Below, piece by piece: positions 46,145 to 55,921 of a stretch of DNA of 64,000 nt. Where the stretch lies: positions 192,001-256,000 of the forward strand of contig CAVRAY010000002.1 in the NCBI GenBank assembly GCA_963719225.1. The letters are read 5' to 3'. A model generated the notes under the pieces. It worked only from the letters and a program-made list of their open reading frames with translations. It was not told the DNA's origin and ran no database searches. The translations under genes and the position numbers were made by a program. Numbering within the stretch: position 1 is the stretch's first letter; each line of letters opens with the position of its first letter. The stretch comes from Thermoanaerobaculia bacterium. Lineage in GTDB: Bacteria > Acidobacteriota > Thermoanaerobaculia > UBA5066.

Positions 46145-48904
46145 TCACTTCGTCTCCGCCCAGTTTCGGCCCGTGCCGACGGCCACCGTGAGGGGCACGC
46201 CGAGCTCCGCCGCGCCTTCCATCGTCGTCTTCGCGAGCGCCGCCGTCCTTTCGGCCAGGGCTTCCGGGCATTCCAGGACGAGCTCGTCGTGCACCTGAAG
46301 GAGAAGTCGCGCCTCGGGAATTTCGCGCGAGAGCGCCGCGCTCAAATTGATCATCGCCTTCTTGATGAGATCGGCCGCCGAGCCCTGGAAGGGCGCGTTC
46401 ATCGCCATGCGCTCCGCGTTCGCGCGGACGTTGTGGTTGCGGTCGTGGAGGCCGGGGATGGGTCTCACGCGGCCGAAGATCGTCTCGGTGCCGCCGGTCG
46501 CGCGCGCCTTCTCGAGGATCGCGTCGAGGCACGCGCGAATCCGCGGAAACCGGTCGAAGTAGGCGGTGATGAACGTCTTCGCCTCGCCCCGCGAGACCCC
46601 GAGCTGCGCGGCGAGCGCGAACGGACCCATGCCGTAGAGCACGCCGAAGTTGATCGTCTTGGCGCTGCGCCTCTGATTCCCCGTGACCGCTTCCGGCGCG
46701 ACCGAGAAGATCCTCGCCGCCGTCGCGCGGTGCACGTCCTCGCCGCGCCGGAACGTTTCGAGCAGCGCCTCGTCTCCCGCGAGATGGGCGAGAAGGCGCA
46801 GCTCGATCTGCGAGTAATCGGCGGCGACGAGGATGCATCCCTCAGCCGCGACGAAGGCGCGGCGGATCGCGAGGCCCGCCTCCGTGCGGATCGGGATGTT
46901 CTGGAGGTTCGGCGCGTTCGAGGAGAGGCGCCCGGTGGCGGCGACGGCCTGGTCGTACCGCGTGTGGATGCGCCCGTCCCCCGCGATCGAGCCCGGGAGC
47001 GCGTCCACGTAAGTGCCTTTGAGCTTCGAGATCTCCCGCCACTCGAGGACGAGGCCCGGCACCGGCCCCGACGACAGCGCGGCGAGCTCTTCGAGGACGT
47101 CCGAGCCCGTCGCCCAGGATTTCGTCTTGGCGGTCTTCTTCACGGCCGGGTAGCCGAGCTTCTCGAACAGGATTCGCCCGAGCTGCGGAGGCGAGCCGAT
47201 GTTGAACGGCTCCCCCGCCGCCTCGTGGATCTTCCGTTCGAGCTCGGCGAGGCGCGCGTCGAACTCCTTCGAGAGCACCGCGAGGACGCCGCGGTCCACG
47301 GCGACCCCCGCGATCTCCATGCGCGCGAGGACGGGGACGAGCGGCAGCTCGAGCTCCTCGAGGACGCGGGCGAGAGGCGAACCTGGGGCGAGGCGGGGAA
47401 GGAGCGCGTCCATGAGCGCGAGCGGGAGGCGCGCACGGGGAGCGAGGAACCGCCGGCCGGCTTCGGAGGCGAGGACCTCGAGAGTCGCGGGGCCGCCCGA
47501 AGCGAGCTCCTTCAGCGTCGGGACCGCCTCCGGCGGGAGATTCAGGATGCCGCGCGCGTCGCCGACGAGGTCGTGCGCATGGACGCCCGGCGAGACCACG
47601 TAGCTCGCGAGCATGGAGTCGGAGACCCGCGCGGGAGGCGCAATGCCGAGCGCGTCGGCCGCGAGAAAGAGGCGCTTGGAATCGTGGGCCACGACGAGAA
47701 CGCGCGCAAAGATCTCCGCGAGCGCCTTCGTGCCCGCGCCGTCGATCGCGAAGGCGGCGGTCTCGCCGCCGGGGACGGCCACGACCGCCGCGAGCGGCGG
47801 CGCCGGCCAGGGACAGCCGGGCCCGCACTCCACGTGGACCGCGGCGCGGCCGGCGCGCGCGGCGGCCTCGACGGGCGCGGCGAGGCCGGCGGCGTCCGCG
47901 ATCCACCGCACGTCCTCCTGAGATGCGTTCGAAGAGGGAGATTCTTCGAAAAGCGAGAGGGTCGCGGGCTCGGAGACAGCTGTCGCCTTCCCGGCGGTGC
48001 CCTTCGACGAAATTCCCGATTCGAGCAGCTCTTTCTTCAGCTTCGCGAAGCCCAGCTCCTCGTAGAACGCCGCGAGCTCTTTCACCGCATCGTCGGTAAG
48101 CGGCCGGATGCGGAAGTGCTCGAGAAGCTCCGCGGGAGCGGCGGGCAGGGGCCGATCGCAGCGCACGGTCGCGAGCGCTCTCGATCGGAACGCGTCCTCC
48201 CGACCGCCCGCCAGGGTCTCCTTGCGCTTGCCTTTCACCTCTTCCAGCCGGGCGTAGACGTCCTCGAGCGAGCCGAACGTCGAGATGAGCTCCTTCGCCG
48301 TTTTCTCGCCGATCCCCCGGACGCCGGGGATGTTGTCGGACGAGTCGCCCATGAGCGCGAGGACGTCGACGACCTGCGACGGCTTCACGCCGAAGAACTC
48401 CTTCACGCCCTTCTCGTCGAGCACGGCGTCTTTCGCGGGGTGGTAGACGGCGACGTCCGGGTCCTTCACGAGCTGGAACAGATCCTTGTCCGCCGAACAG
48501 ATTTCCGCGTGGAAGCCGGCCTCCTTCGCAACGCATGCGATCGACCCGATGAGATCGTCCGCTTCGTACCCCGCCTCTTCGACGACGGCGAGGCCGAGCA
48601 GGCGGCAGAGCCGCTTGGCATCCTCGATCTGCGGCACGAGGTCGTCGGGCATGGCCTGCCGCTGGGCCTTGTACGTCGCATCCATCTCCGCCCGGAACGT
48701 CTTCTCGTACCGGTCGAAAGCGACCGCGACGGCCGCCGGCTTGCGGTCCGTCGCGTACTTCCGCCACATGTTGAGGAACCCGTAGACCGCGTTCGTCGGC
48801 CGCCCTCCGGGCCCGGTCAGCCCGCGGATCGCGTAGAACGCACGGTAGAGATAGTTCGAGGCGTCGATCAGGGCGATCGTGGGGCGGGGATTCTGGTCGG
48901 TCAT
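46145..48904 (-). CDS. polA: DNA polymerase I
   Basis: YRAFYA, EADD, DNIPGVRGIGEKTA, ATGRLSS..PNLQNIP, ADYSQIELR, KTINFGVLYG and QVHDEL motifs; start at MTDQNP. Confidence 0.96.
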   Translation of the reverse strand: MTDQNPRPTIALIDASNYLYRAFYAIRGLTGPGGRPTNAVYGFLNMWRKYATDRKPAAVAVAFDRYEKTFRAEMDATYKAQRQAMPDDLVPQIEDAKRLCRLLGLAVVEEAGYEADDLIGSIACVAKEAGFHAEICSADKDLFQLVKDPDVAVYHPAKDAVLDEKGVKEFFGVKPSQVVDVLALMGDSSDNIPGVRGIGEKTAKELISTFGSLEDVYARLEEVKGKRKETLAGGREDAFRSRALATVRCDRPLPAAPAELLEHFRIRPLTDDAVKELAAFYEELGFAKLKKELLESGISSKGTAGKATAVSEPATLSLFEESPSSNASQEDVRWIADAAGLAAPVEAAARAGRAAVHVECGPGCPWPAPPLAAVVAVPGGETAAFAIDGAGTKALAEIFARVLVVAHDSKRLFLAADALGIAPPARVSDSMLASYVVSPGVHAHDLVGDARGILNLPPEAVPTLKELASGGPATLEVLASEAGRRFLAPRARLPLALMDALLPRLAPGSPLARVLEELELPLVPVLARMEIAGVAVDRGVLAVLSKEFDARLAELERKIHEAAGEPFNIGSPPQLGRILFEKLGYPAVKKTAKTKSWATGSDVLEELAALSSGPVPGLVLEWREISKLKGTYVDALPGSIAGDGRIHTRYDQAVAATGRLSSNAPNLQNIPIRTEAGLAIRRAFVAAEGCILVAADYSQIELRLLAHLAGDEALLETFRRGEDVHRATAARIFSVAPEAVTGNQRRSAKTINFGVLYGMGPFALAAQLGVSRGEAKTFITAYFDRFPRIRACLDAILEKARATGGTETIFGRVRPIPGLHDRNHNVRANAERMAMNAPFQGSAADLIKKAMINLSAALSREIPEARLLLQVHDELVLECPEALAERTAALAKTTMEGAAELGVPLTVAVGTGRNWAETK

Positions 48905-48933
48905 CGAGGAGCGGCCTCGGGCGGCGCGCGCGA

Positions 48934-50520
48934 TCACTCTACACTCGGGGCGGGCTCTCGCGAACGGGCCCCGACGTCCACGTCGGGCGGCGCGAGGTCG
49001 CGGCGGGCGAGCCGCAGCGCGAGGCGGACCGTGGGCCACACGGGGGGATCTGCCGGGAGCCGAAGGCGGATCGGCCCGCTCAGCGGCGCCTGGGCCACCG
49101 CCGCCTTGACGGCCGCGATCTCCGCAGGCCCATACGTAAACCGGTAGGCCGCGCGCGCCTCGCGCTCCTTTCGCCAGTGTCCGGCGTCGAGCGTCAGGAA
49201 CAAGAGCAGGGCGGCGGCGGCGAGCGTCGCCCCCTGCGCCTTTTCGCCCAGAGTCGCGGCGACCGCCGCGAATCCGGCAAGCGCCGCCGCGAAAAGAGCC
49301 GGCACGAGGCACGCGAGGTAGCGTGCCTCCACGGGATAGTCGTTCAGCGACATGAGAAGGACGGGCCAGATCGCGAAGAGCGCGAGCGCCCGGCGCGTCC
49401 GGTCGCGCGGGAGGACGAGCGCGAGCAGGAGTCCGAGAAGAACGAAGGCGGCGGGGCCTGCGCCGAGCGTCCAGTCGTCACGGAGAAAGCTCCCGAACGC
49501 CGCCAGCTTCGCGAGCGGGTTCCGCTCGGGCGCGTCGGTCGGCTGGAAGATCTGCCGGTACCAGCCGCGCACGTTCGCGGGGTCGAGACACCACGCGGCC
49601 GGAGGCAGGAGGCCGAAGACGACGAGATCGCGGAACGTTCCGGAAGCGGCGATCCATGCGTCCGAGAGGGCCCGCCGGCGCGCGGCGCCGAGGAGGATCA
49701 GGAGAACGAAGGCCCCCCAGAGGACGTTCGACACGCTCGGCACGCGCGACGCGAGGGTGTCTCCCCCTCGTGCTTCGAGAAAGAGCCGGATCGCCGCGAG
49801 AGCCGCCGCAAGTCCGAGGATTCCCGCACCCGCGCCGCGCGCGAAAACGGCACGCGCCGTCTTACCGAGGAGTCTTCGCGCGTCGGGACTTTCCTCCGCG
49901 AGCACGACGGCGAGGAACGTCGCGAGCACGAAGAATCCATAGTGGTACTTCAGGAAAAAGAGCGCGGTCCCGGCGAGGAACGCGGCCCGCTGCGCGCGAC
50001 GTGAAGGGCGCTGCGAAAAACAGAGCCACGCGACGAGCGTCAGCGACCCTCCGAGGCTCTCGAGCATCGGCCATGCGGAGATCTCGAGGAGCATCGGAGA
50101 TCCGAGGAACACAATCGCGACGAGGAAAGCCGTCGCGGCCGCCGCGAGGAGCCCGCCCGGAATCAGGCGGCGCACGAGGAGAAACCCCGCGGCGGGCGCG
50201 AGGACGAACGCCACGAAGCTCGGCAGGCTCGCGGCGGGAAGCGACGGCCCGAAGGCGGCCTGGAAGGGCGCGCTCGCGAAGGCCCAGGCCGGCCCCCACC
50301 AGTGCCGGCTGAGGAGGAGACCCAGCGCGTCGAAAGGACGCAGGAGCCTCAGATCGTCCACGAGGTCGAGACCCTCGGTCGCGTGCAACGCGGCGTCCCA
50401 ACCGAGAGAAAAGACCGACTGTCTCTCCAGCGCTTGCCCGCGAAACGAAAGCGCCGCGGCGAAGGCTAGCGCGACGAGAACCGCAGCCAGCGTTTTCTCG
50501 ATAGTTTCTTCGCGCCGCAT
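48934..50520 (-). CDS. polytopic membrane protein, probable GT-C glycosyltransferase
   Basis: WDAALH, MLES, FLKYHYG and ARYL motifs; many TMs. Confidence 0.6.
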   Translation of the reverse strand: MRREETIEKTLAAVLVALAFAAALSFRGQALERQSVFSLGWDAALHATEGLDLVDDLRLLRPFDALGLLLSRHWWGPAWAFASAPFQAAFGPSLPAASLPSFVAFVLAPAAGFLLVRRLIPGGLLAAAATAFLVAIVFLGSPMLLEISAWPMLESLGGSLTLVAWLCFSQRPSRRAQRAAFLAGTALFFLKYHYGFFVLATFLAVVLAEESPDARRLLGKTARAVFARGAGAGILGLAAALAAIRLFLEARGGDTLASRVPSVSNVLWGAFVLLILLGAARRRALSDAWIAASGTFRDLVVFGLLPPAAWCLDPANVRGWYRQIFQPTDAPERNPLAKLAAFGSFLRDDWTLGAGPAAFVLLGLLLALVLPRDRTRRALALFAIWPVLLMSLNDYPVEARYLACLVPALFAAALAGFAAVAATLGEKAQGATLAAAALLLFLTLDAGHWRKEREARAAYRFTYGPAEIAAVKAAVAQAPLSGPIRLRLPADPPVWPTVRLALRLARRDLAPPDVDVGARSREPAPSVE

Positions 50521-50573
50521 CGCGCGCCGAGTCTATCGGCCCGGTTCACCCGTACAATCGAGGACGAGGCGCG

Positions 50574-51689
50574 ATGTCCGCTCTCCCGTCTCCCTCGTCG
50601 ATCCCTCCCGCTCCTCCCGCGCCACCGGTGACGAACGGGCGGCTCGCGTCCGCCCTTCTCGCGCTCGCGGCCGCGGAAGAGCCGGCGAGCCGACGCGCCG
50701 CCGAATACCGCGCCGCCGCCAGGACGCTTCGCCAGCTCGGCGTCGATCTCTTCGGGCGCCGTGTCGCGGTCGTCGCCCTGCCGGGCGTTTCGTCCCGGGC
50801 CGCCGACGCGATCGCGGCGTTCCTCGCATGCGGCTCGGACGAGAACGTGGGCGACGCCCTCGCCGCGATGCTCGACCACGCCGATCCCGGCGCGCACCGC
50901 AAGGCGGACTTTCTCTCGCGCGCGGACGTGGAACGGATCCTCTCGGCGCCGACGGGAATCTCTCACGCGGATCTGCGCGGCGACGCTCATCTCCACACGG
51001 ACCGTTCGGACGGCCGGATGCTGCTCGCGGCTCTCCACCGCGCGCTCGAGGCGCGCGGCGACACCTATGCCCTCCTGACGGACCATGCGCGCGATTGCGC
51101 CGTCGCGGGCGGGCTCTTTCCCGCGGACTTCCGCGCCCAGCGGCGCGAGGTGGACGCCTTGAACGTCCGCGCCGGGACCTTCGCGATGTTCGTCGGAGCC
51201 GAGGCGAACATCGCCGAGGACGGATCGCTCGACGTGACGCCCCGGAGCGTCCCGGAGCTCGACGCCGTCGTCGCCTCCGTGCACACGGACCTGAGGAGCA
51301 CGCGGGACCAGACGGCGCGGCTCGTGCGCGCCGTCGAGACTCCGGGCGTCGCCGTCCTGGGCCACCCGAAGGGCCGCCTCTACGACATGCGCAGCGGCGT
51401 GCGCGCCGACTGGCCGCGGGTCTTCGCGACAGCCGCGGCATGCGGCGTGGCCATCGAGCTGAACGGATGCCCCGAACGCCTCGACCTGCCGCCCGTGCTC
51501 GCGCGGATCGCGGTCCAGGCGGGTTGTCTCTTTTCGATCTCGAGCGACGCGCACGCGGCCGCGCATCTCTCGTTCCTCGACTACGGCCTCGCCGTCGCGC
51601 GCCTCGCTCAGGTACCGAAGGAATGCGTCGTGAACACGTGGTCCCGCGACCGCTTCCGGGACTGGCTCGAAGAGCGCCGCGCCGGCTGA
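50574..51689 (+). CDS. PolX-derived HhH + PHP phosphoesterase protein lacking the polymerase core
   Basis: N-terminal YRAAARTL…LPGV; PHP HLHTDRSDG, TDH, EANI, SVH, GHP, ELNG.PERLD, SSDAH. Confidence 0.82.
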   Translation: MSALPSPSSIPPAPPAPPVTNGRLASALLALAAAEEPASRRAAEYRAAARTLRQLGVDLFGRRVAVVALPGVSSRAADAIAAFLACGSDENVGDALAAMLDHADPGAHRKADFLSRADVERILSAPTGISHADLRGDAHLHTDRSDGRMLLAALHRALEARGDTYALLTDHARDCAVAGGLFPADFRAQRREVDALNVRAGTFAMFVGAEANIAEDGSLDVTPRSVPELDAVVASVHTDLRSTRDQTARLVRAVETPGVAVLGHPKGRLYDMRSGVRADWPRVFATAAACGVAIELNGCPERLDLPPVLARIAVQAGCLFSISSDAHAAAHLSFLDYGLAVARLAQVPKECVVNTWSRDRFRDWLEERRAG

Positions 51690-51695
51690 GGGCAA

Positions 51696-52727
51696 TCAGT
51701 CGTAGATGATCGACCCGGGATCGAAGCGATCCCCCGTGTCCGGCCCGCTCCACGTCCCGTGGTTCAGGTCGTAGTGCCAGCCGAAGGAGGTGTACGGCAC
51801 GCGGAAATACGTTCCGATCGTGAGCAGGGCCTTCCCCCACCATTTCGCTTCCGGCACGCCCGCCGCGAGGAGGATCTCGCGCAGGTTGAGGCCCAGCTCG
51901 ACGCCGACGTTCCGCTCGCGGAGCGGCGCCGCCGAATAGCGATAGCCCTTGGTCCCGTAAGTCAGTGAAAGCAGGAGGAAACGGGCCGGCCCCGCCCCGG
52001 CGCCGACACGCGGCAGAAAGCCCGCGAGCTTGAGGTCCGCCGAATAGATCTCCTTCGAGTAGTCATCGCCGTACCCGCCGTACCGGCAGCACGGGTCGGG
52101 TTTCAGGGCCTTCACGTAACCGAAACGAAGGCCGACCGTGTCCTCCAGGCTCCACGCGTCGAGACCCGTCGCGAGGGCCGCCCCGATCGCGTTCGCGGCG
52201 ATGTCTTCCCAGGCGAAGCCGTACTGCGAGAAACCGTCGCCGATCTCGATGAGAGCGCCCGCCGTCACCATGACGCCGAGGGCGAGGCCGCGTGCCTGGG
52301 CGGGCGTCTTGCCGAGGGACCGGTAGATGTTCTGCAGCGCGAGAGTCGAGACGTAGCCGAGGAAGACGTGCGACGCCTTGTCGGCCCCGCCGGCGTATGT
52401 GTCGCGCTGGAACCAGCGCTCGTTCGCGACTTCGAAAGTCGAACGGGACGACGTGCGCCACCAGGCGAAGTACCCGACGACCGGGAAGCCGACGAGAACC
52501 GCCGCCGTCACGAGCGAGGTCTTGCGGTCGAAGAGTCGCGGCGGCGCCGGAACGGAAGCCGCGGCCGCGAGCGGCGGAGGCGGAGGCTCTCCGGCGAGGT
52601 GGAAGCCGTCGGGAGCGCGCTCGAAGGCGTCCGCGGGCCGGTCGAATCCGAGGATCGCCGCCGACAGCCGGCCGGAGAGGACGAAAAGGAGCGCAGCGAA
52701 GGCCGCGGCGCGACGCCGCACCCTCAC
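51696..52727 (-). CDS. DUF2279/YfiM-like protein
   Basis: GGADKASH, EIGDGFS..GFAWEDIAANAIG and DDYSKEIY motifs; GTG overlaps upstream stop. Confidence 0.72.
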   Translation of the reverse strand: MRVRRRAAAFAALLFVLSGRLSAAILGFDRPADAFERAPDGFHLAGEPPPPPLAAAASVPAPPRLFDRKTSLVTAAVLVGFPVVGYFAWWRTSSRSTFEVANERWFQRDTYAGGADKASHVFLGYVSTLALQNIYRSLGKTPAQARGLALGVMVTAGALIEIGDGFSQYGFAWEDIAANAIGAALATGLDAWSLEDTVGLRFGYVKALKPDPCCRYGGYGDDYSKEIYSADLKLAGFLPRVGAGAGPARFLLLSLTYGTKGYRYSAAPLRERNVGVELGLNLREILLAAGVPEAKWWGKALLTIGTYFRVPYTSFGWHYDLNHGTWSGPDTGDRFDPGSIIYD

Positions 52728-53362
52728 AGGGTCAGGTGGCGGGCCTTCGCGAGAGAGCGCGTCTTCTCGAGGGCCTCCGCGGCCCTTTTCTCGAGGTCGT
52801 CGGCATCCTCGCGGAATCCCCGCGAAAGGTCCGGGGCGGAGACGCCCGGCAGGTTGATCCTGACGTTCGCGAGCGCGCCGAGCGTCGCGCCGTGGAGGAG
52901 GAGGGCCGCGACCCACGCGTCGGACGCCGCGTTCGGGTTGCCCTTTTCGAGCACCACGGGCGCGGTCTTCAGGGCCTCGTGCGCGAAGAAGGCCGTCTGC
53001 ATCGGCACCGTGGTCGCGAGGAGGTTCGCCTCGTCGACCGCGCGCGTCCTTTCCGCCGCGGCCTCCGGCGTGTCCTTCGGAAGGCGCCTCGCGGCCACGA
53101 CGGCGTCGAAGGCCTTCGTGTCCGCGTCGACGAGCTCGAGGAGGCGGACGCGGGCCTCCTCGAGCCGGGGGGCGACGGGTTCGAGCTCCAGCCACGAGGT
53201 GCGGTATTTCTCCTTGCCGAGCGTGAGGCGAACGACCATCGCGAGAAGAGCCGCGCCCGAGGCCCCGGTCGCGGCCGCGGCAGAGCCCCCGCCCGGAGCC
53301 GGGGCGTCGGACGCGAGGGCCGAAGAGAAATCGGAGACGGAGAGCGTCACGAGATCCGTCAT
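52724..53362 (-). CDS. formiminotetrahydrofolate cyclodeaminase/cyclohydrolase family
   Basis: LASDAPAPGGGSAAA, DADTKAF, GNPNAASD and NVRINL motifs. Confidence 0.9.
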   Translation of the reverse strand: MTDLVTLSVSDFSSALASDAPAPGGGSAAAATGASGAALLAMVVRLTLGKEKYRTSWLELEPVAPRLEEARVRLLELVDADTKAFDAVVAARRLPKDTPEAAAERTRAVDEANLLATTVPMQTAFFAHEALKTAPVVLEKGNPNAASDAWVAALLLHGATLGALANVRINLPGVSAPDLSRGFREDADDLEKRAAEALEKTRSLAKARHLTL

Positions 53363-54651
53363 GACGCGCGCGAGCCTAACAGGTCGCCGCGGGAGACCAC
53401 GTGCTCTCCCCCGACGAAAACGTCCGACACGAGGTTGACGCCCCAGTGATAGACGAGGTGCTCGAGAGAGGGAGCGTCGAGAAGGACGATGTCGGCGCGC
53501 TTGCCCACGTCGAGGGACCCTCGCACCTTCGCCTCGTCGACCGACGCGGCCGCGTTTAGGGTCATCGCCGTGAGCGTCTCCTCAACGGTGAGGCCCATGC
53601 CGAGGGAGGCGAGGAACGCGACGGCAGGCAGCGACTCGGTGTAAGAGGACCCCGGGTTGCAGTCCGTCCCGAGCGCGACCGCGACGCCGCGCTCGATCAT
53701 CCGGCGCGCCGGCGCGTAGCGGTTCATCCGCAGAAAGACGCTCGTGCCGGGGAGAAGGGTCGCCACGACTCCGGCCCTGGCCATCGCGTCGATGCCGCTG
53801 TCCGTCGCATAGAGGAGGTGATCGGCGGAAAGCGCCGAGACCTCGGCCGCGAGGGAAGCGCCGCCGAGAGGCGTCAGCTCGTCGGCATGGACGCGCGCCC
53901 CGAGCCCCAGGGCCTTTCCGGCCTCGAGGATCGCACGCGATTCTTCCACGGAGAAGACGCCCTCCTCGCAGAAGACGTCGACGAAACGCGCGCCCCCTTC
54001 CGCGAGGGCGGGGAGGATCTCGGCGCGGCATTCCTCGACGTAACGGCGCTTGAGAGCGTCCGATGAGCGGCGCTCCGGCGGAACTTCGTGGGCGGGCAGC
54101 GCCGTGGCCGCGACGCCGACCGGATGGCCTTTCGCGCCCGAGAGCAACGCGCGAAGCTGCTTTTCTTCGTTCGGAAGGTCGAGGCCGTATCCCGTCTTCG
54201 CCTCGCAGAAGGTCGTCCCGTGCCCGAGCATGAGGTCGAGGCGCCGACGCACGTTCCTCCGGAGCGTCTCCTCGGAGGCGGCACGCGTCGCCGAGACGGT
54301 CGCGAGGATGCCGCCGCCTTTGGCGGCGATCTGGGCGTACGTCTCCCCTTTCAGGCGGCGGTTGAACTCTTCCTCGCGGAACCCTTCCCACGGCAGATGT
54401 GTGTGCGCATCGACGAAACCGGGCACGGCCGTCCTGCGGCGGCCGTCCAGAACGGTTTCCTCCGCTCCGGGAATCTCCCCGTAGAGGCGCGCGAACTCCA
54501 GATCCGTGCCCGCGAAGGCGACGAGGCCGTTCTCCACGAGGAGCGCCGCGTCCCTGATGCGACGGATGGCGCCCTGGGCGGCGCCGGCGCGGGCCGAAAC
54601 TCCCTCCGGTGTCGCCAGCTCGGCGAGATGCCGGACGGACAGCCGATTCAG
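53359..54651 (-). CDS. hutI: imidazolonepropionase (probable CTG start at 54651)
   Basis: PGFVDAHTH, GGGILATV, EAKTGYG, DVFCE, HADE, SADHL and TDCNPGS motifs; frame stays open upstream of the ORF-track start. Confidence 0.92.
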   Translation of the reverse strand: MNRLSVRHLAELATPEGVSARAGAAQGAIRRIRDAALLVENGLVAFAGTDLEFARLYGEIPGAEETVLDGRRRTAVPGFVDAHTHLPWEGFREEEFNRRLKGETYAQIAAKGGGILATVSATRAASEETLRRNVRRRLDLMLGHGTTFCEAKTGYGLDLPNEEKQLRALLSGAKGHPVGVAATALPAHEVPPERRSSDALKRRYVEECRAEILPALAEGGARFVDVFCEEGVFSVEESRAILEAGKALGLGARVHADELTPLGGASLAAEVSALSADHLLYATDSGIDAMARAGVVATLLPGTSVFLRMNRYAPARRMIERGVAVALGTDCNPGSSYTESLPAVAFLASLGMGLTVEETLTAMTLNAAASVDEAKVRGSLDVGKRADIVLLDAPSLEHLVYHWGVNLVSDVFVGGEHVVSRGDLLGSRAS

Positions 54652-55163
54652 GCCGTCTCTCCCTCGCGCTTCTTCGGCCGATGGATGGAGATCGAGCTTT
54701 CGAGCTCGTCCTCTTCCTTGTCGAAGTTCAACACCTGCTGGAAGAGGTCGATCGTGCTCTGGAGCTTCAGCTGGAAGTTGCGCCTCTCCATGCGCAGCTC
54801 GCGGATCTTCTTCTCCGTCTCGGCCATCCGCACGAACGACTGCTGCACCATCCGATCGGCTTTTGCCTCGGCCTCCCCCACGATGCGGCCGGCGTCCTTC
54901 TCGCTCGACTCACGCAGGCTGTCGGCCGAGCGCTGGGCGAGAAGGAGCGTCTCCTTCAACGTGGCTTCCGTGTCGCGGTGCCTGGTGTTCTCCTCGCGAA
55001 GCCGCGCGTTTTCGCGCTCGAGCTGGTCCAGCTCGCGAGACATCTCCTCGAGGTCCTCGGCGAGAGCCTCGAGAAACTGCGTCACGTCTGCGGGGTCGAA
55101 GCCGCGAAAGCGCTTCGGAAAGAGCCTCTTGCGGATCTCGAGCGCGCTGATTGTGGGTCTCAT
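54648..55163 (-). CDS. divIVA: DivIVA-domain protein
   Basis: ISALEIRKRLFPKRFRGFDPADVTQFL followed by coiled coil. Confidence 0.9.
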   Translation of the reverse strand: MRPTISALEIRKRLFPKRFRGFDPADVTQFLEALAEDLEEMSRELDQLERENARLREENTRHRDTEATLKETLLLAQRSADSLRESSEKDAGRIVGEAEAKADRMVQQSFVRMAETEKKIRELRMERRNFQLKLQSTIDLFQQVLNFDKEEDELESSISIHRPKKREGETA

Positions 55164-55192
55164 GGGAGGATTATAAACCCTTTGGACTCAAA

Positions 55193-55867
55193 TCAATGCA
55201 CGCGAAAGTCACGTCCCGTGTCGACGACCGTGAAGCGCCGGCGACGAAACGGATTCCGCATTCGCGGGAAGCGCGGCCCTCCGCCCCTGAAGCCGCGGAC
55301 GAAGAGCCACGCCACCGGCAGGCCGCCGAGGACGAAGAGAAGGCGCAGGGGCGAGCGCGTTGCTTGCAGTTCGGAGAAGACGGCCAGGACGAGCGCGAGG
55401 ATTGCGAAGCCCAGACGGGTCATCGGAAGAACGCCGAAGAACGTGAGCTTCTGAGAGGGTCCCTCGAGCATCCACGCGAAGATCAGGGCGAGGAGCGGCG
55501 GCGTGAACCCGGCGCCGCCTCCCACGAAGAGCCCGAGCATCGCGGCTGCCGCGGTCGCCCACAGGAGGAAGAGCGCGTACCGCCTCGAGCCCCATCGCGG
55601 CTCGATCTCGCTGCCGAAGCTCCAGGCCAGGAGGAGGTCGAACAGGACGCTCACGATCGACGTCTCGAGGAACGCGTACGTGACGAGCCGCCAGACCTGT
55701 CCCGCGAAAACGGCTCCTGGCACGAGGGCGAGCCACATTGCCGCTCCGGGGGCCGCGAGGGTCAGCAGATAGCCCGCCGCGACGAGGACGAGCAACGCGC
55801 GGGTGACCGGCGGGATACGACGCCAGCCCGGCGGCGTGACGAACCGCATCTGGTACGACGGCCTCAT
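55193..55867 (-). CDS. rhomboid-like membrane protein (catalytic motif not evident)
   Basis: PPVTRALL…QVWRLVTYAFL…FGSEIEPRWG. Confidence 0.7.
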   Translation of the reverse strand: MRPSYQMRFVTPPGWRRIPPVTRALLVLVAAGYLLTLAAPGAAMWLALVPGAVFAGQVWRLVTYAFLETSIVSVLFDLLLAWSFGSEIEPRWGSRRYALFLLWATAAAAMLGLFVGGGAGFTPPLLALIFAWMLEGPSQKLTFFGVLPMTRLGFAILALVLAVFSELQATRSPLRLLFVLGGLPVAWLFVRGFRGGGPRFPRMRNPFRRRRFTVVDTGRDFRVH

Positions 55868-55921
55868 CGCTCGCAGGTTATCAAGAGGAACCCGGAACCC
55901 TCCGACTCGCCTATTCCCCTT

